The notes under the pieces are model-generated. The model did no database searches and was not told the origin of the DNA. It was given only the letters and a program-made list of their open reading frames with translations. Shown here piece after piece: positions 47,271 through 61,499 of a stretch of 64,000 bases of DNA. The translations under genes were made by a program, and so were the position numbers. The first letter of the stretch is position 1. Every line of letters begins with the position of its first letter. Source of the DNA: Octopus sinensis (Eukaryota); assembly GCF_006345805.1 (NCBI RefSeq), contig NC_042997.1, positions 57,722,001 through 57,786,000 of the forward strand, given 5' to 3'.

Positions 47271-49369
47271 CTTAATTTTTGCATTTGCTTCGTAAGATTT
47301 TTGGTGTGTGTGTGAGTGACAGAAATAAGTTGAGAGAGAGAGAGAGAGAGACAGACAGACACTGATAGAATGTTGCAAACAGGAAGATGGGGAGAAATGA
47401 GTAAAGAAGAGAAAGAGAGAGAGAGAGATTGATACCTATTCATTTTGACATGGATTGCTTAAATCTTCCAATTTTTTGATTATAATATATATAAAAAAAA
47501 AAGCTATTTGAATTATTATGTTTTGAATATCAGAGATTCAGAATCTGCCAAAAACAGGTATTTTAATTTTTTAAATATTCCTTTTTCATTAAAAACAGAG
47601 ACAGATGAAGGTTTCAGAGATTGAGAATCCTAGTACTCTTTCTTTTTTTGAATATGTATTCAGTTTGCATTTGAAGTTTATAATATATATATTGCATTTC
47701 TCTTTCACTTTTTGTTTCAATCACTAGACTATAGCCATGCTGGGGTATCACTTTGAGGAATTTTGGTCAAACTAATCAACCCCAATACTTATTTTCTTTT
47801 AAGTCTGGTACTTATTCTATTGGTCTCTTTGGCCAAACCACTAATTTATGGGGATGTAAACACACCAACTGTCAAGCAGCAACAGGGGCCAAACACAGAC
47901 ACACATAAATGTTTGTATATCTATCCTATGTGTATACACACACACTCACACACACAACAGGCTTCTTTTAGTTTCCATCTACCAAATCCACTCACAAGGC
48001 ATTGGTTGGCTAGAGCAGAAAACACTTGCCGAGGGTGCCACGCAGCAGTGGGAGTGAACCTGGAGCTATGTTGTTGGGAAAAAAACTTCTTACCACACAA
48101 CTACACCTGTATGTTTGCATATATATATATATATATTATATTTACACATATGTATATTGTATTTCCATCCTTAATAAACTAAAATAGAAGTAAAAGCATT
48201 TTAAGATTTCAAAAAGTGAAACAGGTAATGTATTGAAATGTAACAAAATTATATTTATGCTCTTCTGATGGGAATAAATTACACTTATAGACAAAAAAAA
48301 AAAATTTTTTTAACTTTAAATTAAAAAAAAAAATTATAATTAAAAAAAATTAAAACAAACTTTTAAAAAATATGTTTTGTAGATTCTGAATTTTTGATGT
48401 TCACGATATAAATATCCACAGACAGTTTTTAAAAGATGCATAAAAACAGTTAAACGTTTCAATAAAATGATTAAGTGATGAAAGATTAAAGAGCAATTGA
48501 CAGGGAAACACACATATATATATATATGTACACACACATAACAATTATGTTTTGCACTGCTGGTTTTCAAAAGGAAAAAAAAAATGTCTCTTATTAAAAT
48601 ATAGGCCAATATATATTTAAAATTTGGCGGAAAAAAAGCTTCTTACATTTAAATGTATATTGGTTGACAAAGTATTTATAAATAAATAAAGGAAAAAGAG
48701 AGGAAACAAATTAAAGCGTAAACAATAAAATGTAGGCAAGATAAGGAAAAGAGAAAAGGAAAGAGAGGGGGTGGAAAGAAAGAGGAAGTAGAGTGACTCA
48801 GAAGAGAAAGGAGAAATATAAAAGAAAATAAAAATAGAGAGAAAATAGATCCAATTAAATGTGTCAGTCATTGTGACAACGTATGGCAAACAGAGACAGT
48901 CCCAGTAAACAAATAGGAGTAATGGTAAGTGAACAGGGAGAGAAAGGACTGGAAGAGAGAAAGAAATTATAGAATTGAGAGAAGAATATAATTAGAGTAG
49001 GGGAATTAAAGAATAACAACTCTTGGGGAAGATGATAAATGGAAGAATGAAAGTTTAACTCTTTAGCAATCACATATTCTGTCCAAAGTATTTATTCACA
49101 TGTTTTGAATTAATCTTGCATTGTCTTGTAGGTTTGGAATTTTGATGAGGTAACTGCCATTGATGACAGTAGCTCAGCTAACAAAGAACAAGGTAAGACT
49201 AGTGTTTGACTATAGGAAGTTGAATCATCACATAACACGTCACAGGAGCTGTGATGCAATGTACATATATGGAGAGAGCGTTTGAACATGGTCACAGATG
49301 ACAGGAGTAGCTACAACTGTTGACCTAAAACCAGCTTCTTTACAAGTTCCAAGTGACTAAAATGTTGTG

Positions 49370-49720
49370 AAAGTAAAGAGTAAAGACCCCCTTCTGTCAT
49401 GAATGACCATGAGAGTGCACCTAGAAAGTTACCCTCCGAAGCACAAGTCTGGGCAAGGATGTTTATGGAAAACCAGTAATCGCCCATGCATACCAGCTTC
49501 CCCTCTCCACACCATTGATGTCATTCAAGGGAAAGGCAAATGCCAATGCAGCTTGGCACCAGTGATGTTGCAACTCATTTCTACACCTGAGTGAACTGGA
49601 ATAATGTGAAATAAAGTGTCTCGCTCAAGAACAACCCCCCCCCCCACAGGTCCTGGAATTAAACTCACTACCTCATGATTGCGAGCCCGATGCTCTAACC
49701 ACTGAGCTATGTGCCTTCAC
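49370..49720 (-). repeat. SINE-like element with tRNA-like head; related heads at ~59110-59225 (-) and ~60980-61130 (+)
   Basis: The reverse complement starts GGCACATAGCTCAGTGGTTAGAGCATCGGGCTCGCAATCATGAGGTAGTGAGTTTAATTCC (A/B boxes) and continues into non-tRNA body sequence. Confidence 0.6.
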
Positions 49721-51209
49721 ACAGTACCAACTGGTAAACTATCAACATAGAATGTACTGTCTAATCAGAGCCATGTTTGGATTAAAGTCTGTACCAAAAA
49801 TAATGGCAGCAATTTTAAAAACTATCTTAGAAAAGGTGGATAGGATAAAGGAATCCATGAGTTCCTGTGTTGATTATTACATCCAAGAGACAGCAGAATA
49901 GGTGAGAGATTACCTTAAGAAACTTTGGACTTCATTACCAAAAATGTATGTACCTATCAATGGTTGGTTGTGGAACTGATTGGGAGATCAAGCCAGAGGC
50001 AGGGGCCTTGGTCACAGCAATAATGAACAAAGCATTTTTGGAGATATTTTTTTATGAATGGCTACTTGTTAATTGCAAATAAGACAAATGCACTTATTAT
50101 CCATTTAAAAAAAAAAACATTTTTCATCAAACAAAACATGTTCACCAGCACTTTATTTTTTTAGGAATTCTATAATTGCTTGCCATATTGATAAGGGTAT
50201 CAAAAAATTGATTTAACAAAGTTATAAACTGGTTAAATTTATATTATCACTTTCAGAATTTTTGTTATTTCTGCTGCCTGGGAAAAACAAAAGCCAACTA
50301 GCTCGCAGTTGTAATGTATGCATTTAGTGTTGTAAAAATAGTAAAAAATTAAAATCTGCAAAAAATTAAGATATTGTTTGGTTCTGCAAGGTTTAACTTG
50401 ACTTTTCTCTCTCTTGTCCACACAAGTGTTGACAAGCAAGTAGGTAGGGAAGGGCAATATGAATAATTTTTACAAAGTGTCTTTTACAATCCTTCAGCTT
50501 TCCTTTCACATGAAAATTATTTCAATACATGCAATATATTTTCTCAGCTAAAGTGTAGTTGGGTCTCAATGTAGTGGTACAACCTAGTGTTTTATAGTGA
50601 AAACAAAATTTATACACAAGAGGGATTGGTTGTTATTGCTGATACTTGTTATAGGACAGTTTGTTGTATGTGAATTTTTATCAAACAACTGCAGAATAAA
50701 GCAGTAAAGTTTTGTTCTCTTAGCTATTACACTACAAATATAATGCCTAGGCAAGTTGAAGGAAAAAAGAAAGTATGGTACTGTATAAAGCAGCTACTAA
50801 TAGGATAGAGAGAAAAACAGTAACAAACAAAAGAAATTAGCTGTAATATGGTTAAAATACCAGAAGGCTTTCTATAGTATATCAAGGTGAGTAGGTGAGA
50901 GGAGCATGAATATGAGGGGAGAATCTTTTGAAAAAGGTGAGAGTGATAAAGGATAGAGTAATGGGAGATTGATTGAACTAGGGAGGCAATGACAGCAGCT
51001 ACATGTTTGCTGTTGTGAGAGAGAACTGAGTAAGAGAGCAATAGATGTCATTAGCAAGTAGGCTGGAGAAGAGTGAGGAATGGGTGGCAGCACAAAAAGG
51101 ATGATGATTGTAAAATGTGAGATATGAACAAATATGGTGTGAAACTCAAGTTACTAGGCAAACTGTCAGTTTCAGGTTCAATAAGAAAAGTGTATGCACG
51201 TATATATTA

Positions 51210-52010
51210 TCATCATCATCATTTAATGTCCATTATCCATGCTGGCATCAGTTTGGACAGTTAGACTGGGGCCGGGGAGCTGCACCAGACTCCAGTCTGA
51301 TTTGGCATGGTTTCTACAGCTGGATGTCCTTCCTAATGCCAACCAATACAAGAGTGTAATGGGTACTTTTACATGCCACTGGCACGGGTGCCATTTGCAT
51401 GACACCAGTATCTGCCAGGACTGTGATTTTACTTGGCTTGATCGGTCTTCTTCTGAAGCATAACATAAAGCCAAAGGTCCCAGTCATTTGTCACTGCCTC
51501 TGTGAGGCCCAACACTCAAAAGGAGCTTTTCAAGTGCCACCAGCATTGGCCACTTTGTCTTCATGAAGACCAAGCTCGAAAGGTGCTTTTTACGTGCTAC
51601 TAGCACAGGTGCAAGTTATGTGACACCAGCATTGGCTATGACTACAGTTTCACTTGGCTTGATGGGGCTTCTCAAGCACAGCATATCGCCAAAGGTCTCA
51701 GTCACTAGTCATTGCCTCTGTGAAGTCCAAAGTTCGAAGATCATGCTTCACCAGCTTGACCCATGTCTTCCTGGGTCTACCTCTACCACAGGTTCCCTCC
51801 ACAGTTAAAGATTAGCACTTCTTTATACAGCTGTCCTTGTCCATACACATCACATGACCACACCAGTGCAGTCGTCTCTTTTGCATACCACATCTAATGC
51901 CTCTTATGCCCAACTTTTCTCTCAAGATGCTTACACTCTGTTGAACATGCACTTCATTTCTTTCAAGCTCACACATATCCTTGGCTGTCACAGCCCATGT
52001 TTCACTGCCA
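51210..52010 (-). mobile_element. RTE LINE 3' portion with tail
   Basis: Reads GSETWAVTAKDMCELERNE...SILREKLGIRGIRCGMQKRRLHWCGHVMCMDKDSCIKKC; the tail ends ...GGACATTAAATGATGATGATG. Confidence 0.8.
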
Positions 52011-52084
52011 TACACACACACAACAGGCTTTTTACAGTTTCTGTCAACTATATTTTACTCGCAAAATACTGGTGTGTTAGTGTA

Positions 52085-52091
52085 CACATAC

Positions 52092-52152
<61 letters not shown>
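52085..52152. repeat. (TA)n microsatellite, the longest of many (TA)n/(CA)n/(GA)n tracts
   Basis: Read directly from the sequence. Confidence 0.95.
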
Positions 52153-52155
<3 letters not shown>

Positions 52156-52752
52156 CATGACAATGTTCACGCTTCCTTGCTTTCATAGATCTGAGAGAAT
52201 TTGCTGGGGCAAATTTTCAACAGCCAGTGCCCTTTTCTCATTTGTTTCTGAGTAAGCAAATATTTTCCTTTATCCAAACTTATTTTCACTGAAGACATGA
52301 TAGTGGTGTTCACTTGCAACCATCATGTGATATCTAGACCAGTATACATTCATACACATATACAACAGGCTTCTTTCCGTTTCCATCTACTAAATCCACT
52401 TGCAAGGCTTTAGTCAGCCGAGGGTTATAGTAGAAGACACTTGCCCATGCAGTGGGATTGGATCTGAAACCATGTGGCTGGAAATGCGAACTTCTTAACC
52501 ACATTACCATGCCTGCATCATTATCTCTGTGGAGGGGCAGAAGGCACCTGACATCAGATCAAAATTCATAAATACTATCTGTAATTCTGTATTGACTCGA
52601 TGGGGAAAATGTGTTGCTCAAGGAGGACTGCAGTTTGAACAATTTTCATGTTTCATATTTAAATGCTTTTACTAAATTCATTCAGTTGTTAAACACAAAT
52701 AAATTTTGGAATTAAATGGTTTTCATTTACTGTCAGGTGACCCTTGGCCAAC

Positions 52753-52786
<34 letters not shown>

Positions 52787-53302
52787 GTACGAGAGGAAAA
52801 TAAAACAGATTTAGTTAATCTTTTCATTATAAATTACATAATCTTAACATGTGTTTCACCAGCAAATATTAGTATGTTCTGCAGTAATTGTTATATAGAT
52901 GATTGCACAATCACATTGAAATGCCAGATCTTCAGAAGGAGATAGTAATTTAAACCATAGTTATTTACCAACCTTACTTGGATGGCAATGTTGAATAAGA
53001 ACTGCATTTATTTAGAAATTACTTTGTATGTAGCATTTAAGAAAAGGAAGGTTATTATTTTTATTTTATCACAGTGAAATAAAGATAAAGAAGGGAGAGT
53101 AGTCAAGATGTCAAAGGGAAAAATGGAATATCAACACCTAAACTGTCAGAGATCAAAGATTAATTCCAAGTTAACAATGATAAATGGTTCAGAAGATTGT
53201 AATAACAAAAAAGAGGGTGGAATTTTGTTTGTAAGAAGCAGACATACATATCTACTCACTCACATACACATATGCATGCATGCTCACACAGACCCATATA
53301 CA

Positions 53303-53833
53303 TATGAGATCTGATAAAAATGTATTAGGACTGCTGTTATGGAAGCAGAGCTAAAGTAAGCAGAGTTAAGCCACTTGGCTCAGATTGACCTTAAACTTGT
53401 TATAACGTTTTTGCTCACTTCCATTGTTTATAGCAGTGGTTGGCAGTATAATGTGAAGGGCTTGGTTGTCTCACAACACCACAGAGGTTCTATCAGTGAC
53501 CATGGCAGGGAAAATATGTGTATGTGTGTGTGTGCATGGAAAGAGATACAGTTTGAAGTTTATTATAGCCAAGAAACTTTCCAAAAATCAAATCCCACTT
53601 GAAAAGAACAGGATTTTGAGACATTGAAAAAAATCCAAGAGAATGTGATGAAGAAGCTGCTCACTATTTCAAAAAAGGAGTTCCAGGAATGCTTCCATCA
53701 ATGGAAATGACACAGGATAAAGTATATAGCTTCAAAAGGGAACTACTTCAAAGGAGATTAAATGCCAAATTGATATGTGTTGTAGTTTTCTTTTTATAGC
53801 ACTAGTCCTGATACCTTTTGATCAGATCTCGTA
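53303..53833 (+). mobile_element. Internally deleted mariner (~530 bp)
   Basis: Left end TATGAGATCTGATAAAAATGTATTAGGACT versus the reverse complement of the right end TACGAGATCTGATCAAAAGGTATCAGGACT. C-terminal remnant KEFQECFHQWK*HRIKYIASKGNYFKGD. Confidence 0.75.
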
Positions 53834-54083
53834 CATAACTTTTTATTTACTTTCACATACCAACATGTGTATATTCATGTCTTAATATATACCTTTATGC
53901 AAAGCAGTGTAAATTCAAATTTATGTCCACATATACACATCGTTAATCTCTATTTCTTTATATGAAACAACAATATATACATGTACCTGTCTCAAGGAGA
54001 GAGAGAGAGAGAGAGAAAAAAAAAATTCCGAGAACTTACCAAACCTGTTTTAGATAAACTTAAATGATTTGGCCAATGATTTA

Positions 54084-54115
<32 letters not shown>

Positions 54116-55216
54116 GTTCTACCCATGCATGCATGGAAGATCGATGTTAAATGATATACATACATATACATACATATACATATATATATATATATATATA
54201 CACACACAAAAAAAACCCATCTTATCTTTTACTTGTTTCAGTCATCAGACTGCAACCATGCTGGGGCACTGTCTTAAAGGGTTTTAGTCGAACAAATCAA
54301 CCCCAGTACTTATTGTAAAGAGGTTGAATTCATGTATGTTGTCATCATCATTAACATTTGACATTCATTTTTCATGCTAGTATGTTGGATGGCTTGATAG
54401 GAACTAGCAAGGCCAGAGTCTGCACCAGGTTTCAAAGTCTGTTTTGGCTTGGTTTCTATGGCTGGATGCCCTTCCTAATACCAACCACTTTACAGAGTGT
54501 ACTGGGTGCTTTTTATGTGGCACCATTATTATAGGCAGTGAAGTGGCAGAATTGTTAGCACACTGGACAAAATGCTCAGCAGCATTTCATCCATCTTTAT
54601 GTTCCGAGTTCAAATGCCACTGAGGACAACTTTGCCTTTCTCATCCTTTTGGGGTTAATAAAATAAGTAACATTTAAATACTGGGGTTGACATAATTGAC
54701 TTACCCCATCCCTTGAACTTGCTGGCCTTGTACAAAAACTTGAAATCATCATTATTATTATAGGCAGTGAGCTGGAAGAATTGTCAGCACACCAGACAAA
54801 ATGATAAGTAGCATTTTACCTATTTTTACATTCTGAGTTCAAGTTCCATCAAGGAAAACTTTACTTTCATCCTTTTGGGGTCAATGAAATGAAGAGTTGT
54901 GGGTGTTACAGATATTGTAACATTGCTTACCACATTTTGAATCTCATGTTTTAGGGATATACAGATTTATAGGGTAACTATAGAGTTTATGTTATTTTTA
55001 GTGTGTTATATATCATTATACTTAATCATTTTATAAGAGTTACCATATTCTACAATATCTTCAAAAATGTTTTGTTTGAAGAGGTAGAGATTAACTGTGT
55101 ATACATGCATGTGAGTGTATATTTAAACTTATGCTACTTTTTGTATATGTGTATGCTCAGATTTACAGTTATAATCATATCTCGGTAGGTGTAAGTAAAT
55201 AAAATGTTATAAATGT

Positions 55217-56500
55217 ATTAGGCTGAGTAAAAAGTAAGCAACGTTTTGAAACATGAAATTCATCACAATACATTTCAACAATGTAGAAATGTTATTCATC
55301 AAAGCAAATACCATTACAATCAACACATTTTTGCCAACAAGTTACAAGTTTGTTTATTCTGGTAACATAAATATCTGAAGTTCTGGAGCTGATGAACTCT
55401 TTGAATACACTTTCAGCATCGGTTTGATTTTTTAACTCCTTCTCTTGCAGGAAACCATCAAGGTGCTTGAAAAAGTGGTAGTCAGTAGGAGAAATGTCTG
55501 AGGAATATACAGAGTGGGGAAGAACTTCGTAGCCAAGTTCCCTCAACTTCTGGAGCATCATTAGTGAAATGTGTGGTCAAGCATTGTCATGAAGAATGAT
55601 TGGCCCTCTTCTGTTGACCAGACTGGGATGGAGGAATAGCAGTTTTTCATTCTTTTTGGCAATTTCATGGCAATATGTTTTAAAAAGTAATGGTTTTAAG
55701 AAGTTACAATGGATGAATCCAGCAGTACACCACCAAACAGTCACCATAATCTTCATTTTGAACAGCTCGGGTTTAGGGAAAGATTTTGGTGCTTCATTTT
55801 GATCCAACCACTGCAAAGAACGTTTTTTTATTATTGTACAGAACTCACTTTTCATTGCAAGTTACAATACCACTGAGAAATGGATTGGTCTGGTTACAGA
55901 GAAGCAACAAACAAATTTTATATCTGCACATTTTCTGATTTTCATTCAAATTGTGTGGTACCCATTTGTCAAGCTTTTTTTGATTTTCCAATTGCATGCA
56001 AATGGTTGCAGGCAGTTTTCTGGCTAACTTGAAGCTCTTTTGCCAGTTCTCAAGCGGTTTTTATGTGGATCTTTCTCAATGACGGTCTTTAATTGACCAT
56101 CATCAGTGACAGATGAGTGTCCACAAAGCTCATGATCTTCAAGACTCAGGTTTCCACTGCAAAATCGTTTAAACCAAAACCGTTTTTGAGCTGACCACTC
56201 ACTGGTCATTTCCTCACCAAATGTTTCACTGATATCATGAACAGTTTCCGCTGCTTTACGTCCTTTTTTGAAGTTGAATAGCAAAATTGCTTGAATATCA
56301 TGCTTTGACAGTTCCGTTTCAGATGATAGTAACAACGGTGAAAGAATATCAATGTTAATTTATTGATGCATTTGAGCAAATCTATATCTGCATTATCAGA
56401 CAATTGCAAAAACATGTTTAAAACAAATTCAAAACTCTGCAAAAGTCCAGTACAAATTCTTCATAGTTCAAAATGTTGCTTATTTTTTACTAAACCTGAT
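55217..56500 (-). mobile_element. Full-length (~1.28 kb) degenerate Hsmar1-like (cecropia subfamily) mariner
   Basis: 31-bp TIRs ATTAGGCTGAGTAAAAAGTAAGCAACGTTTT / ATCAGGTTTAGTAAAAAATAAGCAACATTTT (5 mismatches). Remnants span the whole transposase: DIQAILLFNFKKGRKAAET...WFKRFCSGNLSLED; LQWLDQNEAPKSFPKP..KIMVTVWW; GPIILHDNA; LQKLRELGYEVLPHSVYSSDISPTDYHFFKHLDGFL...WQKCVDCNG. Confidence 0.92.
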
Positions 56501-57625
56501 ATATGGGTGTGAGAACATGCATGTGTGAGAAGTACATAGATTTATTTTTCATATACTGAATTCCAGCTTCTTTTTCTTTACACTAACTTCTGAACAATTT
56601 ACCACTGATAACTTGAAATTTACTTTGATCCATAACAGTTCAAGTGTTGAATTTCCTTTTTTCCTTCGATATCTTAACTACCATTGCATTTGCATTTGAT
56701 TTTTCTATATTTATCTCACTGACAAAATAAAAAAAAATATAACCTTCCTCTTTTCTGAACTATTTGTACAAAGAACGTTCTCCTAAATTTACACTACAGT
56801 TCATATTTAACATCACCAACCAAGTAAGGCCGGTAAATAACTATGGATTAAATTACCACTTTCTTCCGAAGATCCGGCATTTCAATGTGATTATGCAATC
56901 ATCTACATAACAATTACAACATACAATCGCTGGTAAAGCACATGTAAAGAGTATGTAATTTACAACGCTAGGATAAAAAGTAAACTAAATCTGTTTTATT
57001 CTGCTCCCAGATTAACACTCTGTAAACAACCAAAAGAAAAACCAGAGGACAAATTATGTTTATACTTGATTGGAATTTGGATATACATGGCTTTACATAG
57101 AGTTCTAAGCATTGATTAACTATTATACTAACTCATTTGAAATAGCAATTTTTCAATACACACACATATCTATCATTTAAATGTCTATTTTTCCATGCTT
57201 GCATGACTTGGTTGAAGGTTATTTTGGCAAATTTTTTATGGCTGGATGCCTTTCCTGTTGCTGATTCTCATGTTTCCAAGCAAAGTAATAATTTCCCATG
57301 CCCAAACATGTTTACACTGAATATTGGAAATGAATGAAACTGCTTATATGACAGTAACACTTATTTAAGAACTATCATGTGATGGAGATACACACACATA
57401 TATGAATATGTGTGTGTGTGTGTGTAATGGATCATTTCAGCTTCCACCAACCAAATCCACTCACAAGGCTAGTTCAACCCAGGAGTATAGTAGAAGACAT
57501 CCAAAGTGCCATGTAATGGAAGTGAACCAGAAACCATATCATTTAGGAGTAAATTTCTTAGCCATTTCTGTGCCTAGGATCGTGTGGATCGCCTCACCAC
57601 GCAACCCCCACCATGTTACACTAAT

Positions 57626-57926
57626 TTCTTCTTTAATCCCAAATGCAGGCTGATCAACCCCTTCGAAAGTGAGATAGGTATCATTTGCAAGCCTATTCTT
57701 GATACTATCAACTCCTCCTGAAGGCCCTAACTTTTGCCGAACAATTTACCAGCATAAGTGATCTTGACATCAGAATCATCATGAACGCTAAAAAGTCAAC
57801 TCTAGTCTACGCAATTCCTTCTGGGTGAAGAAAAATGGTGATCCATTGTTTGATGTCTCTATGTGGAGCTTTGATAGGGCTGAAATCGCCAACCTCATTG
57901 GGTTATACATTTTGAATACCCTCAAG
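57626..57926 (+). mobile_element. PLE RT fragment
   Basis: Reads FFNPKCRLINPFESEIGIICKPILDTIN...ISDLDIRIIMNAKKS..WVKKNGDPLFDVSMWSFDRAEIANLIGLYILNTLK. Confidence 0.8.
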
Positions 57927-59769
57927 ATATATATATATGTGTGTTTTTTTTGTTTTTCTTGTTTCAGGCATATAACTGAGGCCATGCTGGAGCACTACCT
58001 TGAGGTGTTTTAGTTGAACAAATTGACCCCAGAACTTATATTTTGAAGCCTAGTATTCTCTTGGTCTCTTTTGCTCAACTGCTAAGTTACAGGGATGTCA
58101 ACACACCAACACTGGTTGTCAAGCAGTGATGGGGGATAGGGGACAAACACAGACATATATGACAGGCTTCTTTCAATTTCCATCTACCAAATTCACTCAG
58201 AAGGCTTTGATCAACCTGAGGCTATAGTAGAAGACATTTGCGCAAGGTGCCACACAGTGGAACTGAACCTGGATCCATGTGGTTGGGAAGCAAACTTCTT
58301 ACCACACAGCCACAACTGTGCTTACATACACATATAAGCATACACACACACATATATACATACACACACACATGAAACTGTAACAATTTTATAATAAAGT
58401 ATATATATATATATATATATAATAATAATATAATAAACCTTTACATAAATAAATAACGTGAAATACACGAAGGGACGAACATAAGAGACAGACGGGTCAT
58501 TCAAAGCCTTCGTTCTTCAGTCAGAAACCGATTCCTCATCGCAGATATACACACACACAAATATATATACATGCATGTGGATTTGTTTGAGTCTCCTTGC
58601 CTTGACACCTTCCTTTAGTTATAAACAAGTATTACAGTCATACAAGTGACGTTAGTTATCTGAAAATATGTCCAGGCTTGGTGAAATATCTTGCTTGGAA
58701 ACAGGTGTTAGTTGGTGATAGGAATGACATCCAGCAGTAAAAAATCTGCAATAACAAATACCTTCTGACCCAGGCAAGCATAGAAAAGTGGATGTTAAAA
58801 CGATGATGATGATATCAATATAAATCCATATATTTTATTATTCAGTAGAAGTTACAAAGTACTCAAGGGCCAAGAGTTTCATGCATGGCCTTGAATCACT
58901 TTCTAAATTCTGCTGATTATAAATGTATGGTAGTCTTTCAAGCCTAAGAAAGCTGTTTCTACAATTTCTTGTGGAACTAATCTGCTTGGATGATTTGTTT
59001 ATAATGATCAGATGTTCATGACGCACATTAGCTCACTCCATGCATTAAATCAACATTACCTGTACAGATACACACTATACCACACGTCTGATAGACAAAG
59101 TGATCATAGAGCAACACAAGATGAAATGTTTTGCTCAAGAACACAATGTATCACTTAGTCTGGGAATGAAACCCATGACCTTACAATTATAAGTGCAACA
59201 TCCTAACCACTAAGCCATGTGCCTCACTGATTATGAAAAATAAAATATACATACTCATATATTGAGTTCTATTTATCTTGTTAGTTCTAACAAATATACA
59301 TATGTATATTATCATCACCACTTTAATGTCCACTTTTCTATGCTTGCATGGGTCAGGCAGAGCTTATGGAGGCAGATTTTCTATGGTTGGATGTCACTGA
59401 CCCTTACCTGTTTCCAAGAAAGGTAGTATTACCCCATGGCCAGGCATATCTTTGAAGAATACTTGAAATGAATGACACTCATTTGCAACTGTCACACTGT
59501 CATGATGAGGCAACACAAATATACATCTATATCAACATCATTTAACATCTGTTTTCCATGCTGACATGGGTTGGACAGTTTGACAGGAGCTGACCAGCTG
59601 AAAAGCTGTTCAGGCTCCATGTCTGTTTTGGCATGGTTTCTACAGCTGAATATTCTTCCTAATACACACACATGCATATGTATAAATACACACAAGCATA
59701 TATCTTTCTCTCTCCCTCTCTCTAGATAAAAGTGTCAAATAATTGAACCACTGCAGCCCTTCACCCATA

Positions 59770-60870
59770 TCTGTCCTGTGTCAGTCTGCATAGTTCTGTG
59801 TTTAAATCTGTGTTTAAATCTTGTTTTAGGCCTCACTCTTGTTCTTTTGCCACATGTCACATCTATTTACAGGAACTTGTCATGGTCTTGTCTTCTAAGT
59901 ATATGGCTGGTGAAGGTCCATTTTCTTTTCCTTTTAGTATTTAACAGTCTTTCCTGGCACTTTATCTTGCAAAGACCCCACTCATTAGTTCTTTTATCTG
60001 TCCAACCTAATCTAAGAACGTGTCTAAAATTCCATTGTGAAAATGCTTGTATTTTCATCCTCATCCATTTTGCACACTGGTATGAGATAGACAGTTTGAC
60101 TGGGACTGGTAAGCCTGAAAGCTGTATTAGGCTCCAGTCTGATTTGACTTGGTTTCTATGGCTGGATGCTTCCTAATGCCAACTACTGACCACGACTACA
60201 ATTTCACTCGGCTTAACGTGTCTCCTCAAGCACAACTAGTCATCGCCTCCATGAGATTCAACATCTGAAGATCATGCTTCACCACCTCAACCCTTATCTT
60301 CCTGGGTCTACCTCTTCCACTGATTACCTCCACAGTTAGAGATAAGCACTTCTTTACACAACTGTCCTCATCCATATGCATCATATGACCATCATGACCA
60401 CACCAGTGCAGTCTCCTCTCTTGAACACCACATCTGATGCCACTTATGCCCAATTTTCCTCTCAAGATGCTTACAATCTGCTGTACGTGCAGAGTCACTC
60501 ATTGCACATCAATTTTCTTAATAATCCAGCATTCTGCTCCATAAGTGGCTATGCTAAATATCAATGAATTGAGGAGTCTTTTTTTTTTTGTTTGCAAGAA
60601 GATGGCCTTATTCTTCCCAAGCCAAACAAAATTGCAGTTGTGGCAGATACTGGTGTCACGCAAATTGGTATCCATGCCAGTGGCACGTAAATGCACCCCA
60701 GTGTCACACAAATGGCACTCATGCCAGTGGTATATAAAAGTACCTATTACACTCTCAGAGTGGTTGATATTAGGAAGGGCATCCAGCTGTAGAAAACCAT
60801 GCCAAGTCAGATTAGAGACTGGCACAGCTTTCCAGCATACCAGCATGGACAACATATGTTAAATGATGAT
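59770..60870. mobile_element. Cluster of nested RTE LINE fragments (two families)
   Basis: Family A (-): KKRLLNSLIFSIATYGAECWIIKKID / RMKIQAFSQWNFRHVLRLGWTDKRTNE, split by a family B 3' fragment (~60065-60508, -). A further family B tail lies on + at ~60620-60870. Confidence 0.7.
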
Positions 60871-61296
60871 ATATATATATATTATATGAATATACACACA
60901 AATACACACACATGTATACAGATACACATTAACATACACATATATGTACATATATACATGTACATATACATGTGAACATGCATGGCCTAGTGGTTACGGT
61001 GTTGCACTCACAATCACAAGATTGTTGTTTCGATTCCTAGACCAGCAGTGTGTTGTGTTTGTGAGCAGAACATTTCATTTCACATTGCTCCAGTCTACTC
61101 AGCTGAAAATCGGTACCCCTGTGATGGGCTGAGGTTCTGTTGAGAGGGAATGTTGGCCTGCCTATCTAGCCATTGGAGTAGCAATATTTGAAAGCTACAT
61201 CAATGCAAAGAAGTGCATGAGACCAGGGGTGTATAACACCCAATAGTTGGCCAATACAGTGATATTAATACACACACATTTAAGTGTGTGTGTATG

Positions 61297-61328
<32 letters not shown>

Positions 61329-61499
61329 CATACACACACACACACACACATGCATACACATACATACATACATATGAAACATATGCATACATGAACATAT
61401 ATACATACACACATATAAACATACATGGATGTATGTGTCTATGAGTATGTTTGTGTATATATACATATATATACAATCACTGGTAAAGATGTTAGTGAC

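Noticed and set aside
49660-49720. tRNA-like sequences (also ~60980-61040 and ~54535-54620)
   Set aside because: They have A/B boxes but no complete acceptor stem and run into repeat bodies; these are SINE heads, not tRNA genes.
58480-58545. CTGAAGA on the minus strand near a PLE fragment, a possible hammerhead ribozyme
   Set aside because: No GAAA box at the required position and no convincing stems II/III. CTGATGA hits at ~6504 and ~7503 also lack the stems.
61195-61476. ORFs rich in Y/I/C/V/H/T (also at 40278-40571, 51854-52255, 53992-54207, 58322-58504)
   Set aside because: Translations of (TA)n/(CA)n microsatellites.
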